Below, one piece after another: positions 36,872-47,291 of a stretch of 64,000 nucleotides of DNA. The position numbers were made by a program, and so were the translations under genes. The stretch spans positions 3,008,001 through 3,072,000 of the forward strand of contig OZ241917.1 of assembly GCA_965203805.1 (NCBI GenBank). Direction: 5' to 3'. Numbering within the stretch: position 1 is the first letter of the stretch; every line of letters starts with the position of its first letter. The stretch comes from Candidatus Latescibacterota bacterium. GTDB taxonomy: Bacteria > Latescibacterota > UBA2968 > GCA-2709665. Under the pieces are notes generated by a model. The model saw nothing but the letters and a program-made list of their open reading frames with translations. It ran no database searches and was not told the origin of the DNA.

Positions 36872-37852
36872 ATGGACAGCGTGCGATGGGGCATCGTGGG
36901 ATGCGGCGATGTGACGGAGGTGAAGAGCGGACCCGGATTTCAGAGTGCGGACGGGTCCGCCCTGGCGGCCGTGATGAGGCGGGACGTGGACAAGGCTGCC
37001 GACTACGCGCGCAGACACGGCGTGCCGCGGTTCTACGGTCAGGCGGACGCGCTGATTGAGGATTCCCAGGTCGACGCCGTGTACGTGGCGACCCCGCCTT
37101 CGTCGCATCTCGACGTGGCCCTGAAGGTGGCGGACGCCGGCAAGCCATGCCTTGTGGAAAAACCCATGGCGATGAATCTCAGCGAATGCGAGCAGATGGT
37201 TGCGGCCTTCCGAGAGACAGGACGGCCGCTTTTTGTGGCCTACTACAGGCGGGCGCTGCCTCGATTCCTGCGCGTACGGGAGTTGCTACGGGATGGTGCG
37301 GTCGGCGACCTGAGTTCGGTACATATTACACACTACGATCCGCTCGCGCGGGGCGACGAGGCGAATGGCTGGCGATTCAGGCCGGAGATTTCGGGCGGGG
37401 GGCTGTTTATGGATTTGGGGTCTCACGGCCTGGACCTGCTGGATTTTCTCGTGAGTCCCATCAGGCAGGAATGGGGATGCTCTGCAAACACGGGCGGCAC
37501 GTACGAGGCCGAGGACGTGGTCGCGGCAGGCTTTGAGTTCGAATCGGGGATTGTCGGAACGGGCATCTGGAATTTCAACGCGGATTATTCGGAAGACCGA
37601 ATCACGTTTACCGGATCCGACGGGGAGGTGCAATGTCCGGTTTTTTCGGATTCGGACATCCTGGTCCGGAAAGGCGACGAAACAGCGGCGCTGGAATACA
37701 GGAACCCTCCCCACGTGCATCAGCCGTTGATCCAAACGGTGGTGGATGAACTCCTGGGCAGGGGAAGATGCGAGTCAACCGGCGAGAGTGCCGCCCGGAC
37801 GGCCCGGGTGATGGACAGGTGTTTGAAATCGTACTACGAAGAACGCGATTGA
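36872..37852 (+). CDS. Gfo/Idh/MocA family oxidoreductase
   Basis: WGIVGCG, YVATPPSSH, EKP and GGGLFMDLGSH. Confidence 0.92.
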   Translation: MDSVRWGIVGCGDVTEVKSGPGFQSADGSALAAVMRRDVDKAADYARRHGVPRFYGQADALIEDSQVDAVYVATPPSSHLDVALKVADAGKPCLVEKPMAMNLSECEQMVAAFRETGRPLFVAYYRRALPRFLRVRELLRDGAVGDLSSVHITHYDPLARGDEANGWRFRPEISGGGLFMDLGSHGLDLLDFLVSPIRQEWGCSANTGGTYEAEDVVAAGFEFESGIVGTGIWNFNADYSEDRITFTGSDGEVQCPVFSDSDILVRKGDETAALEYRNPPHVHQPLIQTVVDELLGRGRCESTGESAARTARVMDRCLKSYYEERD

Positions 37853-38151
37853 ACGTGCCGGCGTCCTGTCCCGGAAGCAGATTGCCTGGATACGACCGTG
37901 CGAAAGCAGCTTTCAGCCATCAGCGTTCATCAGTCAGCTGGAATCAAAAACGAAAGGCAAACGGCGGAACCCCCACGAATCCGTGAGATTGACCTTTCAG
38001 AAGGACCTTCTGCCCGCCCGGAATGCGATTCCAGTGCGTGTTGTTCCGCCGACAGCCGACCTTGGCAAGGTCCGCGAGAGAGGACAACGCAGTGAGACGG
38101 AATGAATGGGCGGTTGAGCGATACCGCATTGCCGGGACGTGACACGATAGC

Positions 38152-39249
38152 TCAGATTGTCTTCCCCGTACGGAGATACGCCTTGAGCGCGTTCGGGTCC
38201 AACCCGGCGATGCCCAGATCTTGGACGTCTCTCCCGCTGGTCCAGCCGTCCGTTCCGATGACGATCGATCCGATGTCGACCATCGCGCGAATTGTGGGCG
38301 CGGGTACACCGTACTGGGCGCCTACGGAGTGCCAGGCCGCCAGACCGTATGGAACATCCTCAGTAAGCCATCGGCTGTCAAGGGAACCGGGCGCTTTGAG
38401 GCGGGTGAGCATGTAGCTGCCGTTGATGGTTGCCCAGAGGTCCCCTCCCGGTCCGAAGCCGGCCCGATGAAAGGCGACATTCGCCGGGGCCAGGTCATAA
38501 CCGAGTCGCCTGGCGATTGCGCGGCGTTCGTCGTCCACCTGCGTGATCACTCTGGCCACGGCGGGCGTCACCCCCTCTTCGTAAAAGAAGAATTCGCCTC
38601 GGGAATATTCCACGCGGCCTGCATTCAGGAGCACACCGGCGGGATGGACCACGGGATTCATCGCGGCCAGACCGCACGCCAACACGTCGGGATAACCCGT
38701 TACCCCCGGAAAGAGACGGTCCAGACGCGCCCGCACGGGTTCGAATTCACTGGCCGGCAGCACGCCGAGGCCCAGACCCGTGACGATGCCCCAGATGGTG
38801 GCGGTGTCGGGTGTCGTCTTCCGGCAGACGAACGGCGCCGTATCCACTTCGGCGAGTACGACGCCTTCGGCGCCGGCCTCGCGGAGGATGCACGCCCATT
38901 CGAGGGTCCCGAGGGTGCCGGGCATGATGACAACGGTCTGACCCGGCCGCAGGAACGGGGCGCAGACTTCGGCAAACGCCTTGTGAGCGTACGCCGGTAC
39001 GATGAGCAGCACCAGGTCCGGCGATTCAAGCGCCTCCTCGATATCGGTGGTGACGCGGTGGATTCGGGCCGGGCCCTGTCCACCGGCGCCGAGCAGCTGG
39101 ATGATGCCGTCGTCCGCAATCGGATCGAGAGATTCCCTGAATTCGGGAATCTCGTATAACGTGATCTCAAAGCCCTTCAGGCTGAGATTGGCAGCCACGG
39201 CAAACGCCGTGTTTCCGCCGCCGAGAACGGTTACTGTTTTTACATGCAT
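38152..39249 (-). CDS. NAD/NADP opine (octopine/nopaline-type) dehydrogenase family protein
   Basis: VLGGGNTA, VPAYAH, NPVVHP, FYEEG and RWLTEDVPYGL. Confidence 0.88.
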   Translation of the reverse strand: MHVKTVTVLGGGNTAFAVAANLSLKGFEITLYEIPEFRESLDPIADDGIIQLLGAGGQGPARIHRVTTDIEEALESPDLVLLIVPAYAHKAFAEVCAPFLRPGQTVVIMPGTLGTLEWACILREAGAEGVVLAEVDTAPFVCRKTTPDTATIWGIVTGLGLGVLPASEFEPVRARLDRLFPGVTGYPDVLACGLAAMNPVVHPAGVLLNAGRVEYSRGEFFFYEEGVTPAVARVITQVDDERRAIARRLGYDLAPANVAFHRAGFGPGGDLWATINGSYMLTRLKAPGSLDSRWLTEDVPYGLAAWHSVGAQYGVPAPTIRAMVDIGSIVIGTDGWTSGRDVQDLGIAGLDPNALKAYLRTGKTI

Positions 39250-39300
39250 GGAATACGCCTCAGCATGATGTGGAAAATCGCTATGCAGAAAAGGAATACC

Positions 39301-39330
39301 GCCGGTTCGCGATTGGACTCGCGAACCGGC
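39301..39330. repeat. Perfect 12-bp hairpin in the divergent intergenic region
   Basis: GCCGGTTCGCGA-TTGGAC-TCGCGAACCGGC; no clear U-tract. Confidence 0.5.
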
Positions 39331-39536
39331 TTCAGGTCATTGCAGGCACAAATATAAACCCGGCGCATCGGCGGGACAAGGACCGATTCGTTGAGAGCCG
39401 CTGTCGTTCCCGCGGCCGAGCTGACCGGTTCATCCGCGCACTCCGGCCGGAATTCAGGTGGGATTTCCCTGTAGACGAGCATCAGCCGGCACGATGACCC
39501 ATTCACGTCCGACAGTCCAACAGGAGGAGGAACCCG

Positions 39537-40046
39537 TTGCCCTACGAAGACCACAAGAAACAGGCGCAGGGCGCCGTCAATTGCGCCGTACTCACGATCA
39601 GCGACACGAGGACGGAAGCCGACGACAAGAGCGGCAGAATCATCAGAGATCTGCTCGAAACCGGTGGTCACACAACAGGATTTTATCAGGTTGTCCCGGA
39701 CGATCCGGCCCGTATTCGGGAGCTGGTCATCGGAATAACCGGCAGAGGGGATTGCCAGGCGATCCTGACCAGCGGCGGCACGGGCATCGCTGCCCGGGAT
39801 ACCACGTACGAAGCCGTGGTCGGTCTGCTCGAGAAACGGCTGGACGGCTTCGGGGAACTCTTCCGATTCCTGAGCTGGGATGATATCGGCTCCGGCGCCA
39901 TGCTCTCGCGCGCCGTCGCCGGCGTCTACCGCGACACGATGATTTTCTGCATGCCCGGCTCTTCCGGCGCTGTACGCCTCGCCATGGAAAAACTGATCGT
40001 TCCCGAACTCTCGCACCTTGTCTGGGAAATCTGGCGGCAGAAGTAA
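39537..40046 (+). CDS. moaB: Molybdenum cofactor biosynthesis protein MoaB/Mog
   Basis: VLTISDTR..DKSG, GGTG..RDTT, GFGELFR, LSRA and MPGS; GGAGG RBS with TTG start. Confidence 0.9.
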   Translation: MPYEDHKKQAQGAVNCAVLTISDTRTEADDKSGRIIRDLLETGGHTTGFYQVVPDDPARIRELVIGITGRGDCQAILTSGGTGIAARDTTYEAVVGLLEKRLDGFGELFRFLSWDDIGSGAMLSRAVAGVYRDTMIFCMPGSSGAVRLAMEKLIVPELSHLVWEIWRQK

Positions 40047-40237
40047 CCCCGGGGTGCGGCGGATTCCCGGGCATCCTGACAAAGCCCATTGGTCTTCAGG
40101 TCCGCGCTCCGGAACCAAGGGACCGTTACGCCCGGCAGATCACGCCCGCGTTCGGACAGCGTGGGGCAGGTCCTGACTCCAGGGACTCCGTCCGGGACTC
40201 TTTGACTCATACCTCCGGGTTTTGGTCGGGGTACACC

Positions 40238-40530
40238 ATGCCAACCCGTTCGATACACATCCTTGTGTTTTCTTTCGTCCTCAGCTGCGCCGGCCTCGAC
40301 CTCGACCTTCAGGGGCACGACCACAGATATGGACGCGGTTCGAATCTCCTCCCCGGCGCCATTGCCCGCAACCGGAATGAGGGCACCGTCTACGTCGTCT
40401 CCGTGAGCGGTCCCAAACAGTACACACTCACGTCAAAACGGTGGTGGCGGCTGGCCGCCGAGAACACCCGTTTGTATCAGACGATTACCGTGGACGGAGA
40501 CACCCTGCGTTACGAAGCCCGGACCGCCGC
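40238..40530 (+). pseudogene. Relic of a purple-acid-phosphatase-like metallophosphoesterase (signal peptide joined to C-terminal part)
   Basis: Signal-like MPTRSIHILVFSFVLSCAG directly followed by LDLQGHDHRYGR, GTVYVVSVSGPKQY and LYQTITVDGDTLRYEARTA; upstream metal-ligand motifs are absent. Confidence 0.55.
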
Positions 40531-40589
40531 GTCCGACCGACCTCGCGGACCGGGGACGGGACTGGCCGAGCACCCAATTCTCGGGAGGG

Positions 40590-41543
40590 ATGATGCCACG
40601 GGTGGGGCTGATCGCGCATCCCGATTTTTCGCGGCATGATACCGGCCATGGGCACCCGGAACGTCCTGAACGGCTCCAGGCCATCCAGAACCGGCTGGAC
40701 GAGACCGGTCTCAGGGAACGGCTCATCGACGTTGCGCCGAGAATCGTTGGCGTCGACTGGCTGGAAAGCGTCCACACTCCCCGCCATGTCGCGGATGTTC
40801 AGCGTCGCTGCGAACGGAACATGCCCCTCATGGACGCGGGGGACACGTTCATTTGTCCTGAATCCTTCAACGTTGGACGTCTTGCGGCGGGGGCGGCCTG
40901 TGAGGCGGTCGATGCGGTCATGGACGACCGTGCAGACGCCGTGTTTTGCGCCACACGGCCGCCGGGTCACCACGCGGAACGCGACAGGGCCATGGGCTTC
41001 TGCCTGTTCAACAACGTGGCGGTCGCCGCGCGGTACGTTCAGTCCGCCCACGGTCTTGGACGTGTGCTCATCGTCGACTGGGACGTGCATCACGGAAACG
41101 GTACCCAGCACATCTTCGAAGAAGACCCCGATGTGTTTTATTTCAGCACCCATCAGTACCCCCATTATCCCTGGTTCAGCGGAAGCAGCGGCGAAACGGG
41201 CATTGGCGCCGGTGAGGGAGCGAACCGGAACGCGCCTGTGCCGGCCGGCGCCGGCGACGAACAATTCCTTCACGCGTTCGACGAACTCCTGTCCCCCGCA
41301 ATGGCACGCTTCCGCCCCGACTTCGTCATCGTCTCCGCGGGGTTCGACGGGCACGTCAGCGACCCCCTTTCCGGCACGCGTGTCACTGAAGACGGATTCG
41401 CCGAAATGACGCGCCGGGTACGTCAGATAGCAGGGACGTACGCCAACGATCGTCTCATTTCGGTCCTGGAAGGCGGCTACGACCTCAACGGCCTCTCCCG
41501 TTGCGTCGAAGCCCACCTGAACGCCCTGTTGGAGAGTAGCTAG
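40590..41543 (+). CDS. Histone deacetylase family (Zn-dependent) protein
   Basis: HPERPERL, RPPGHHA, GFCLFNN, DWDVHHGNGTQ, SAGFD and LEGGY. Confidence 0.95.
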   Translation: MMPRVGLIAHPDFSRHDTGHGHPERPERLQAIQNRLDETGLRERLIDVAPRIVGVDWLESVHTPRHVADVQRRCERNMPLMDAGDTFICPESFNVGRLAAGAACEAVDAVMDDRADAVFCATRPPGHHAERDRAMGFCLFNNVAVAARYVQSAHGLGRVLIVDWDVHHGNGTQHIFEEDPDVFYFSTHQYPHYPWFSGSSGETGIGAGEGANRNAPVPAGAGDEQFLHAFDELLSPAMARFRPDFVIVSAGFDGHVSDPLSGTRVTEDGFAEMTRRVRQIAGTYANDRLISVLEGGYDLNGLSRCVEAHLNALLESS

Positions 41544-41675
41544 CACACGCAGGCGATCCTGAATCCGATCGCACGCAGACGGAACCATACCCTCGATCCG
41601 GTCGTCTGTTACTTCGACTTCTCGAAATTCGGCCGCTACCGTTTTTTTTTTATCGGAACCATTATCGGAGGCTCA

Positions 41676-42545
41676 GTGAGCACTAACGAAGCCGTTGTCG
41701 CATTCCAGGGTGAAATGGGCGCGTTCAGCGAAATGGCCGCCCGCAGTTATTTCTTCGAAAACGTGCGCGTGGTCCCGCAGCCCGATTTCCAGGGTCTGTT
41801 CGGCGCGGTCTCCGGCGGCGAATGCACGCACGGCGTGGTGCCCATTGAGAATTCCCTCATGGGAAGCATTCACGAAAACTACGATCTGCTCCTCCAGCAG
41901 GATCTCTACATCGTTGGTGAAATCAAGCTGCGCATCGTGCACAACCTCATCGTGAATCCCGGCGTCAGGATGGAAGACGTCAAACAGATTTACTCACAAG
42001 CGCCCGCCCTGGCGCAATGTACCGAGTTCATCCGATCCACCGAAGGCGTCGAAGCGGTGGTTGCACAAGACACGGCAGGCGCCGTCAGACGGATCAAGAG
42101 AGAAAAAGCGAGAAATGCCGCAGCCATCGCCAGCGCACAGGCTGCGATCGACTACGACCTGGAAATCCTCCGGGAGGGTCTTGAAAACGACCACCGGAAT
42201 TATACCCGGTTTCTGGTCGTAGCCTCCAATGCGGCTGAACCCGTCGACCCCGCAAAAACCACGGTCGTCTATGCCCTGGATCACATTCCCGGCGCGCTGT
42301 TCAAGAGTCTGGGTGTATTCGCAATGCGGGATATCAATCTGTTGAAAATCGAATCGCGCCCCTTAAGCGGCAGGCCCTGGGAGTACGTCTTCTATCTGGA
42401 TTTTGAAGGCCACCTGGCCAGCGATCGATGTCAACAGGCGGTTGAACACCTCGAACAGATGGCCAGCTTCCTCAAAATCCTCGGCTCCTACACGCAGGGC
42501 AAGACTGTCGAAGGCAGTCTGCGCGAAAAAAGGGCGGTCCCATGA
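41676..42545 (+). CDS. pheA: Monofunctional prephenate dehydratase with ACT domain
   Basis: VAFQGEMGAFSE, PIENS, ALAQC, NYTRF, KIESRP and FYLDFEGH. Confidence 0.95.
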   Translation: MSTNEAVVAFQGEMGAFSEMAARSYFFENVRVVPQPDFQGLFGAVSGGECTHGVVPIENSLMGSIHENYDLLLQQDLYIVGEIKLRIVHNLIVNPGVRMEDVKQIYSQAPALAQCTEFIRSTEGVEAVVAQDTAGAVRRIKREKARNAAAIASAQAAIDYDLEILREGLENDHRNYTRFLVVASNAAEPVDPAKTTVVYALDHIPGALFKSLGVFAMRDINLLKIESRPLSGRPWEYVFYLDFEGHLASDRCQQAVEHLEQMASFLKILGSYTQGKTVEGSLREKRAVP

Positions 42546-43711
42546 ACCTGGCGGGAAGAATGGCGCAGCTTGGAACGGAATCCGCATTCGAAGTCCTCGT
42601 CAAAGCGCGAAACCTCGAAGACCAGGGTCAGGACGTGGTCCACCTCGAAATCGGCGAGCCGGATTTCGATACACCGGCTCATATCGTCAACGCCGCCCAA
42701 CAGGCGCTTCAATCGGGATATACCCACTACGGTCCCCCGGTGGGTCTGCCGGAACTCCGCGAGGCCATCGCAACCGACGTCTCGCGGTTCCGCGGCATCC
42801 CGGTCGATCCGGATCAGGTTGTGGTCACACCGGGCGCTAAACCGATTATGTTCTATGCCATTCTGGCCCTTGCGCAGCCGGGAGACGAGGTGATCTATCC
42901 CGATCCCGGATTTCCCATCTACGAGTCGGTCATCAGGTTTGCGGGCGCACTGCCGGTCCCGATCGCGCTAGCCGAGGAACGCGGCTTCAGTCTCGACGTC
43001 AACGAACTTTCGGACCTGATCACGGACCGCACCCGGCTCCTCATCATCAATTCCCCCCAAAACCCCACCAGTGGGATCATTCCGCCGGAAGACCTCAAGG
43101 CGATCGCGGAAATCGTCGTCGACAAGGGGATTCCGGTACTTGCCGACGAGATCTATTCCAGGATCCTGTACGAAGGCGCCTTCCATAGCATTTCCGTTTA
43201 CGAGGGGATGGCGGACCAGACCATTATTCTGGACGGTTTCTCCAAGACCTACGCGATGACGGGATGGCGCATCGGGTACGGGGTGATGCCGCGACACCTG
43301 GCGGAAGCGTTCGGACTCCTGATGGTCAACAGCAATTCGTGCACCGCGTCGTTCACCCAGCGCGCAGCGCTGGCTGCCCTCCAGGGGCCGCAGGACGACG
43401 TCCACTCAATGGTGGCTGAATTCAGACGCCGGCGGGACATCTTTGTCGCGGGACTCCGCGAAATTCCGGGCATTCGCTGCCCGTTGCCCGGCGGCGCATT
43501 CTACCTGTTTCCGAATATCGCGGACCTGGGTCTCTCCTCCCAGGAATTCGCCGACTTCCTCCTGTACGAAGGAAATGTCGCGGCCCTGTCGGGACATGGA
43601 TTCGGCGCCCATGGCGAAGGCCACCTTCGGTTCTCCTACGCCAATTCGGTCCAGAATATCCGGAGAGCGCTGGACCGCATCGCGGACTGCGTTCGGAAAA
43701 TCAGTGGATAA
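42542..43711 (+). CDS. Class I/II PLP-dependent (aspartate/aromatic) aminotransferase
   Basis: IGEPDF, NSPQNPT, DEIY, GFSKTYAMTGWRIG and GAFYLF. Confidence 0.93.
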   Translation: MNLAGRMAQLGTESAFEVLVKARNLEDQGQDVVHLEIGEPDFDTPAHIVNAAQQALQSGYTHYGPPVGLPELREAIATDVSRFRGIPVDPDQVVVTPGAKPIMFYAILALAQPGDEVIYPDPGFPIYESVIRFAGALPVPIALAEERGFSLDVNELSDLITDRTRLLIINSPQNPTSGIIPPEDLKAIAEIVVDKGIPVLADEIYSRILYEGAFHSISVYEGMADQTIILDGFSKTYAMTGWRIGYGVMPRHLAEAFGLLMVNSNSCTASFTQRAALAALQGPQDDVHSMVAEFRRRRDIFVAGLREIPGIRCPLPGGAFYLFPNIADLGLSSQEFADFLLYEGNVAALSGHGFGAHGEGHLRFSYANSVQNIRRALDRIADCVRKISG

Positions 43712-43754
43712 CACGACGTTTCAACATGGGATGGCCGGTTGACGGTGTTGCGTT

Positions 43755-45869
43755 TTACCACATCACACGGAACGTCGTCGCACTGCTCGCCTCCTGACGG
43801 CTGTTCAGGTCCAGCACGTTCACCCGGAATTCCCTGGGACCGGGAAACATCTCCAGGTTCAACACCTGGTAAATCGGCTCCCACGCCTGCGATCCCTTGT
43901 GGGTATAGGAAACCGCCGTGGTCCATTCCGGCTCCGCGGCCGCTGCGTCTTGCTTTACGGTTCGGATCTGGTAGGTCACCTGATAGTTGGTGGCGCCGAA
44001 ACGGTCTTTCTGCAAGTTGTAGATTTCATAGTAGAAATACGCCTGTGCGCCCTGCTGATACTGTTTGAGCGGATTGGGCAGAATGAGGTACCGCTCGCGA
44101 CCGTACGGCGCCTGATCCCGCTCGACAATCCGGCGCGCAAGCAGCATATCGCTCACACTCAGCGAATCGTACCCGAATGTCTCAACGTGAAGTACGCTTC
44201 TGAACGTACCAATCGATTTTGTCTTCCGGTCCTCTGCCTCCGCCGCGATGAAATATTTCCCCGGCGCCAGCATCAGCTTCTCGCTGGCGAACAGATATCC
44301 GTCCCGGTTGGCGCCATATTGTACCCAGGGCATCACCTCCACCCTTCCGACGTCCTTCCGCAACGTATCCCAATTCGCGTCGAACAGAAACAGCCCCTGG
44401 CGCATTGCGACGGATTGCGCCCCGGTTTGCGCCTTCTTGCGCTGCACTTCCTCTCCGGGCAACGCGTAATAAACTTCCACCCTGGCCGTGTCGCCATCGC
44501 CTCGAAACCGGGCCATCTGGTAAGGCGCATCGTACCGCTCCCATTTGTACGGATCCTTGTAGTACTCCGGCACCTTTCTCGTCAGCGCGTCGAAATCCAC
44601 GGGCTGCCTCCCGACCCAGCCCACCCTGTAACGCCAGGTATCCCTGGTATCCGTATTGGCGAAAACCAGGCGGATCCCGCCATAGTCCCACATTTCCAGA
44701 CGGGGACGGTGTTTGTACGGCACCGATCCCTGCTGATTCAACCAGTACAGGTGATCCTGGTACCACACCGGCTCATCCAGACCGGTATCGACCTCGGGCG
44801 GCCGGACGCTTCTCGCCTCAGGCCGTCCGTAACGGATATATGCCTGCCCCTTGTCTGTCGACCAACCCCCAATGCCCCGTTCCGGATCTCCGAAGCGCAG
44901 GTTTGCATAGGCCACGCGCCCACAGTGTTCCATCAGGCGTTCGTTAACCGGTGTCAGAAACAGCGGATCGCGACCGGTCCAGAATGCACGCAGCGCCTCC
45001 TCATCCGGCAGGTCCCGGCCTGCCTCCATACTGTCTTTTCCGACCAGCATGAAGACAGACATCATGAACTGCTGCTCACGGAACGACATCCGCTGCAGTC
45101 CGTTCACATATGCCGGATACGCGCGCTTGAGTTCGTCCTGCGCCTGGAGTGCCAGCCCCAGGAAGAAATAGGCGTCCGGGTCATCCGGGCGGCGAACCAG
45201 ATATTCCTGAAAAAGCGCCGCCATTTTTGCCGGCATTTGTGCTTCGTAATACACCAGGCCCAGCAGAAGCAGCGAAGGCCTGTGGTCCGAATCGACCGTC
45301 AGCGCCCTGGTCAGGTATCCGATCGCCTGATCCCGATCTTCCTCGCCGAATCTCTCCAGACTGAACGAACGCACCCGCTGATAACCCCGGTCGTCGTACT
45401 GATAGTCGATCCGCTCGCCCTCGAGGTACCGCGACATCTGCCAGGCCGCGTACCGGCCGGCCAGGTAGAGACCGCCGACGTGGTTCGGGTCCAGGTCTAT
45501 GGCCTGCTTTGCGTTCTTGTAGGCGTGACCCCGCCTGCCGAGCGCCCAAAGGACTTTTGCATATGCAATGCGAAAGTCCATGTTCTTCCTGTCTTTCCGC
45601 ATCGCCCGCTGCAGCCACGTGGATGCCTGACGACGCGAACCCGGCGTTTTCTCGTCGCTATACAGTTCGGCCAGATCGTGCATTGCCCAGCCGGAATCGT
45701 CATCCCGGATTGCCTTCTTGATCAGCCGCACCCGTTTCTCGTATTCCATTGTCGTGTCGGATGCGGCCGAAAGGAGGGAATCCACCCGCGAGGAAACCGC
45801 TCTCGCGCCATCGGCGGACGCCGTGCAGCCCAGAACGGCCCCCACAATAATGTAAGCCAATGACCGCAT
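43755..45869 (-). CDS. Exported TPR + GWxTD-domain protein
   Basis: Signal peptide, TPR-like helices, FWTGRDP, RVAYANLRF..GWSTDKGQAYIRYGRP; GGAGG RBS. Confidence 0.85.
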   Translation of the reverse strand: MRSLAYIIVGAVLGCTASADGARAVSSRVDSLLSAASDTTMEYEKRVRLIKKAIRDDDSGWAMHDLAELYSDEKTPGSRRQASTWLQRAMRKDRKNMDFRIAYAKVLWALGRRGHAYKNAKQAIDLDPNHVGGLYLAGRYAAWQMSRYLEGERIDYQYDDRGYQRVRSFSLERFGEEDRDQAIGYLTRALTVDSDHRPSLLLLGLVYYEAQMPAKMAALFQEYLVRRPDDPDAYFFLGLALQAQDELKRAYPAYVNGLQRMSFREQQFMMSVFMLVGKDSMEAGRDLPDEEALRAFWTGRDPLFLTPVNERLMEHCGRVAYANLRFGDPERGIGGWSTDKGQAYIRYGRPEARSVRPPEVDTGLDEPVWYQDHLYWLNQQGSVPYKHRPRLEMWDYGGIRLVFANTDTRDTWRYRVGWVGRQPVDFDALTRKVPEYYKDPYKWERYDAPYQMARFRGDGDTARVEVYYALPGEEVQRKKAQTGAQSVAMRQGLFLFDANWDTLRKDVGRVEVMPWVQYGANRDGYLFASEKLMLAPGKYFIAAEAEDRKTKSIGTFRSVLHVETFGYDSLSVSDMLLARRIVERDQAPYGRERYLILPNPLKQYQQGAQAYFYYEIYNLQKDRFGATNYQVTYQIRTVKQDAAAAEPEWTTAVSYTHKGSQAWEPIYQVLNLEMFPGPREFRVNVLDLNSRQEASSATTFRVMW

Positions 45870-45933
45870 TCGACCTCCTGTTGCGCGCGGCTTCCGATGT
45901 TGAGAAACCATTGAAAACGCAATAAATGGCAGT

Positions 45934-45962
45934 TTGACAATGAAATGAATCCCCGCTATCAT
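45934..45962 (+). promoter_or_regulatory. Sigma70 promoter for the 46128-55896 operon
   Basis: TTGACA-17 nt-TATCAT. Confidence 0.65.
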
Positions 45963-46127
45963 GTATACGAACCATCCGTTGAAAAGTTCTCTGCCAATGC
46001 CGCCGGATCAGCGCATAAATTCGGAAGTGAGCGACGTTTTGGCGTCCAGTCCGCGGGAACCGGTAATTGCGGGCGATGACACGGGCCGGCCGCATAACAA
46101 TACAGAGTGTACTTCCCGGAGACAGCC

Positions 46128-47204
46128 ATGTCCAATCCCTACCGCCAGCCCACGGAGGTTGTGAATCGCTGGATCAACGACCGCCAGCGGTTGCTTCGAA
46201 ACGAATCCGAAGAATATCTTCGCAACGAAGTCCTGAACTACGGCCCGCGGCAGGCGGCGCAATGGAATCGGGACTACACGTCGGTTGAAGCCTTCCAAGA
46301 GTCCGTTGAAGCCAACCGTCGCTGCTGGCAGAAGACAATCGGCATCTTCGAGGACGACGGCACCCCCCTCGAGCCGGTACTGGATCCATGGTACGAAAAC
46401 GACAGGTTCACGGCCTGGTGGCTGACCATCGGATTGTCGGGCAACCTCAGAGGCCGCGGCATACTCGCCCTTCCCCGGGGCAGGAACAGTCCCGCCCCAC
46501 TCGTTATCGCCCAGCACGGCATCGGATCGTCACCGGAAAAGGTCTTCGGACTGGGGGATCCGGACGACACGTACAAATCCTATGGTCGACGCCTGGCCGA
46601 AGAGGGATTCGCCGTCATCGCCCCCATGAATATATCGGGCGGCGCGCCTCGAGCCCGGCAGGAACGCCTCTGCAAGCTCCTGGGCAAAACCCTGTGGGGC
46701 CTTGAAATCCTCCGCACACGGCGCCTTCTGGACTACCTGGAGACACGTCCTGAAATCGACATCGAACGCACGGCCATGTATGGGATCAGCCTCGGCGGCG
46801 CCTACACCATGTTCACGACGCCGGTCGAACCCCGAATCAGAGCCGCCGTGGTATGCGCCTGGTTCAACCACAGGCGCAACAAGATGGCCGTTGACGACCC
46901 CCGGTACAGCTGTTTTCTTTCCGTCAACGAAGAGCACGTATGGATACCCGGCTGGCTCAGCGCGTTTACCGACAGCGACCTGGTTTCGCTCATCTGTCCC
47001 CGTCCCCTGCTTGTGGAGCAGGGCAAGGCCGACGGCATCGCCTGGTGGCCGATGATGCTCGAAGAGTATCACGTGGCCTGCGAACACTACGCCGGACTCG
47101 GATTATCCGACAATATCGAAATCGATCTTCACGAAGGCGGGCATGAGATTCGGCTCGATAAGAGTCTTCAGTTCTTGAGGAAATGGTTGAAGCCTCAGCA
47201 ATAG
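46128..47204 (+). CDS. Alpha/beta hydrolase (dienelactone hydrolase/esterase-like)
   Basis: AQHG, nucleophile elbow YGISLGG, SLICPRPL, GKAD and HEGGH. Confidence 0.85.
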   Translation: MSNPYRQPTEVVNRWINDRQRLLRNESEEYLRNEVLNYGPRQAAQWNRDYTSVEAFQESVEANRRCWQKTIGIFEDDGTPLEPVLDPWYENDRFTAWWLTIGLSGNLRGRGILALPRGRNSPAPLVIAQHGIGSSPEKVFGLGDPDDTYKSYGRRLAEEGFAVIAPMNISGGAPRARQERLCKLLGKTLWGLEILRTRRLLDYLETRPEIDIERTAMYGISLGGAYTMFTTPVEPRIRAAVVCAWFNHRRNKMAVDDPRYSCFLSVNEEHVWIPGWLSAFTDSDLVSLICPRPLLVEQGKADGIAWWPMMLEEYHVACEHYAGLGLSDNIEIDLHEGGHEIRLDKSLQFLRKWLKPQQ

Positions 47205-47291
47205 CCGTTCCCAATCGGGTTGCCGGATTGCGTTCCGAATTCTGAGGGTTGTACCGGACATTCCATAATACGAAACACAAAGGAAAAAACC

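Noticed and set aside
37853-38151. TCAGC-rich stretch and GGCAAA motif suggesting a c-di-GMP riboswitch
   Set aside because: There is no downstream GACGCAAA or P2 helix, and it lies between convergent genes.
39331-39536. Moco riboswitch ahead of moaB
   Set aside because: The conserved Moco-RNA motifs were not recognisable.
40175-40208. Four GACTC repeats
   Set aside because: Irregular spacing (9, 12, 8) and short length are compatible with chance.
45976-45989. CCGTTGAAAAGTTC, resembling the MITE end
   Set aside because: It is a partial match with no partner inverted repeat or target duplication.
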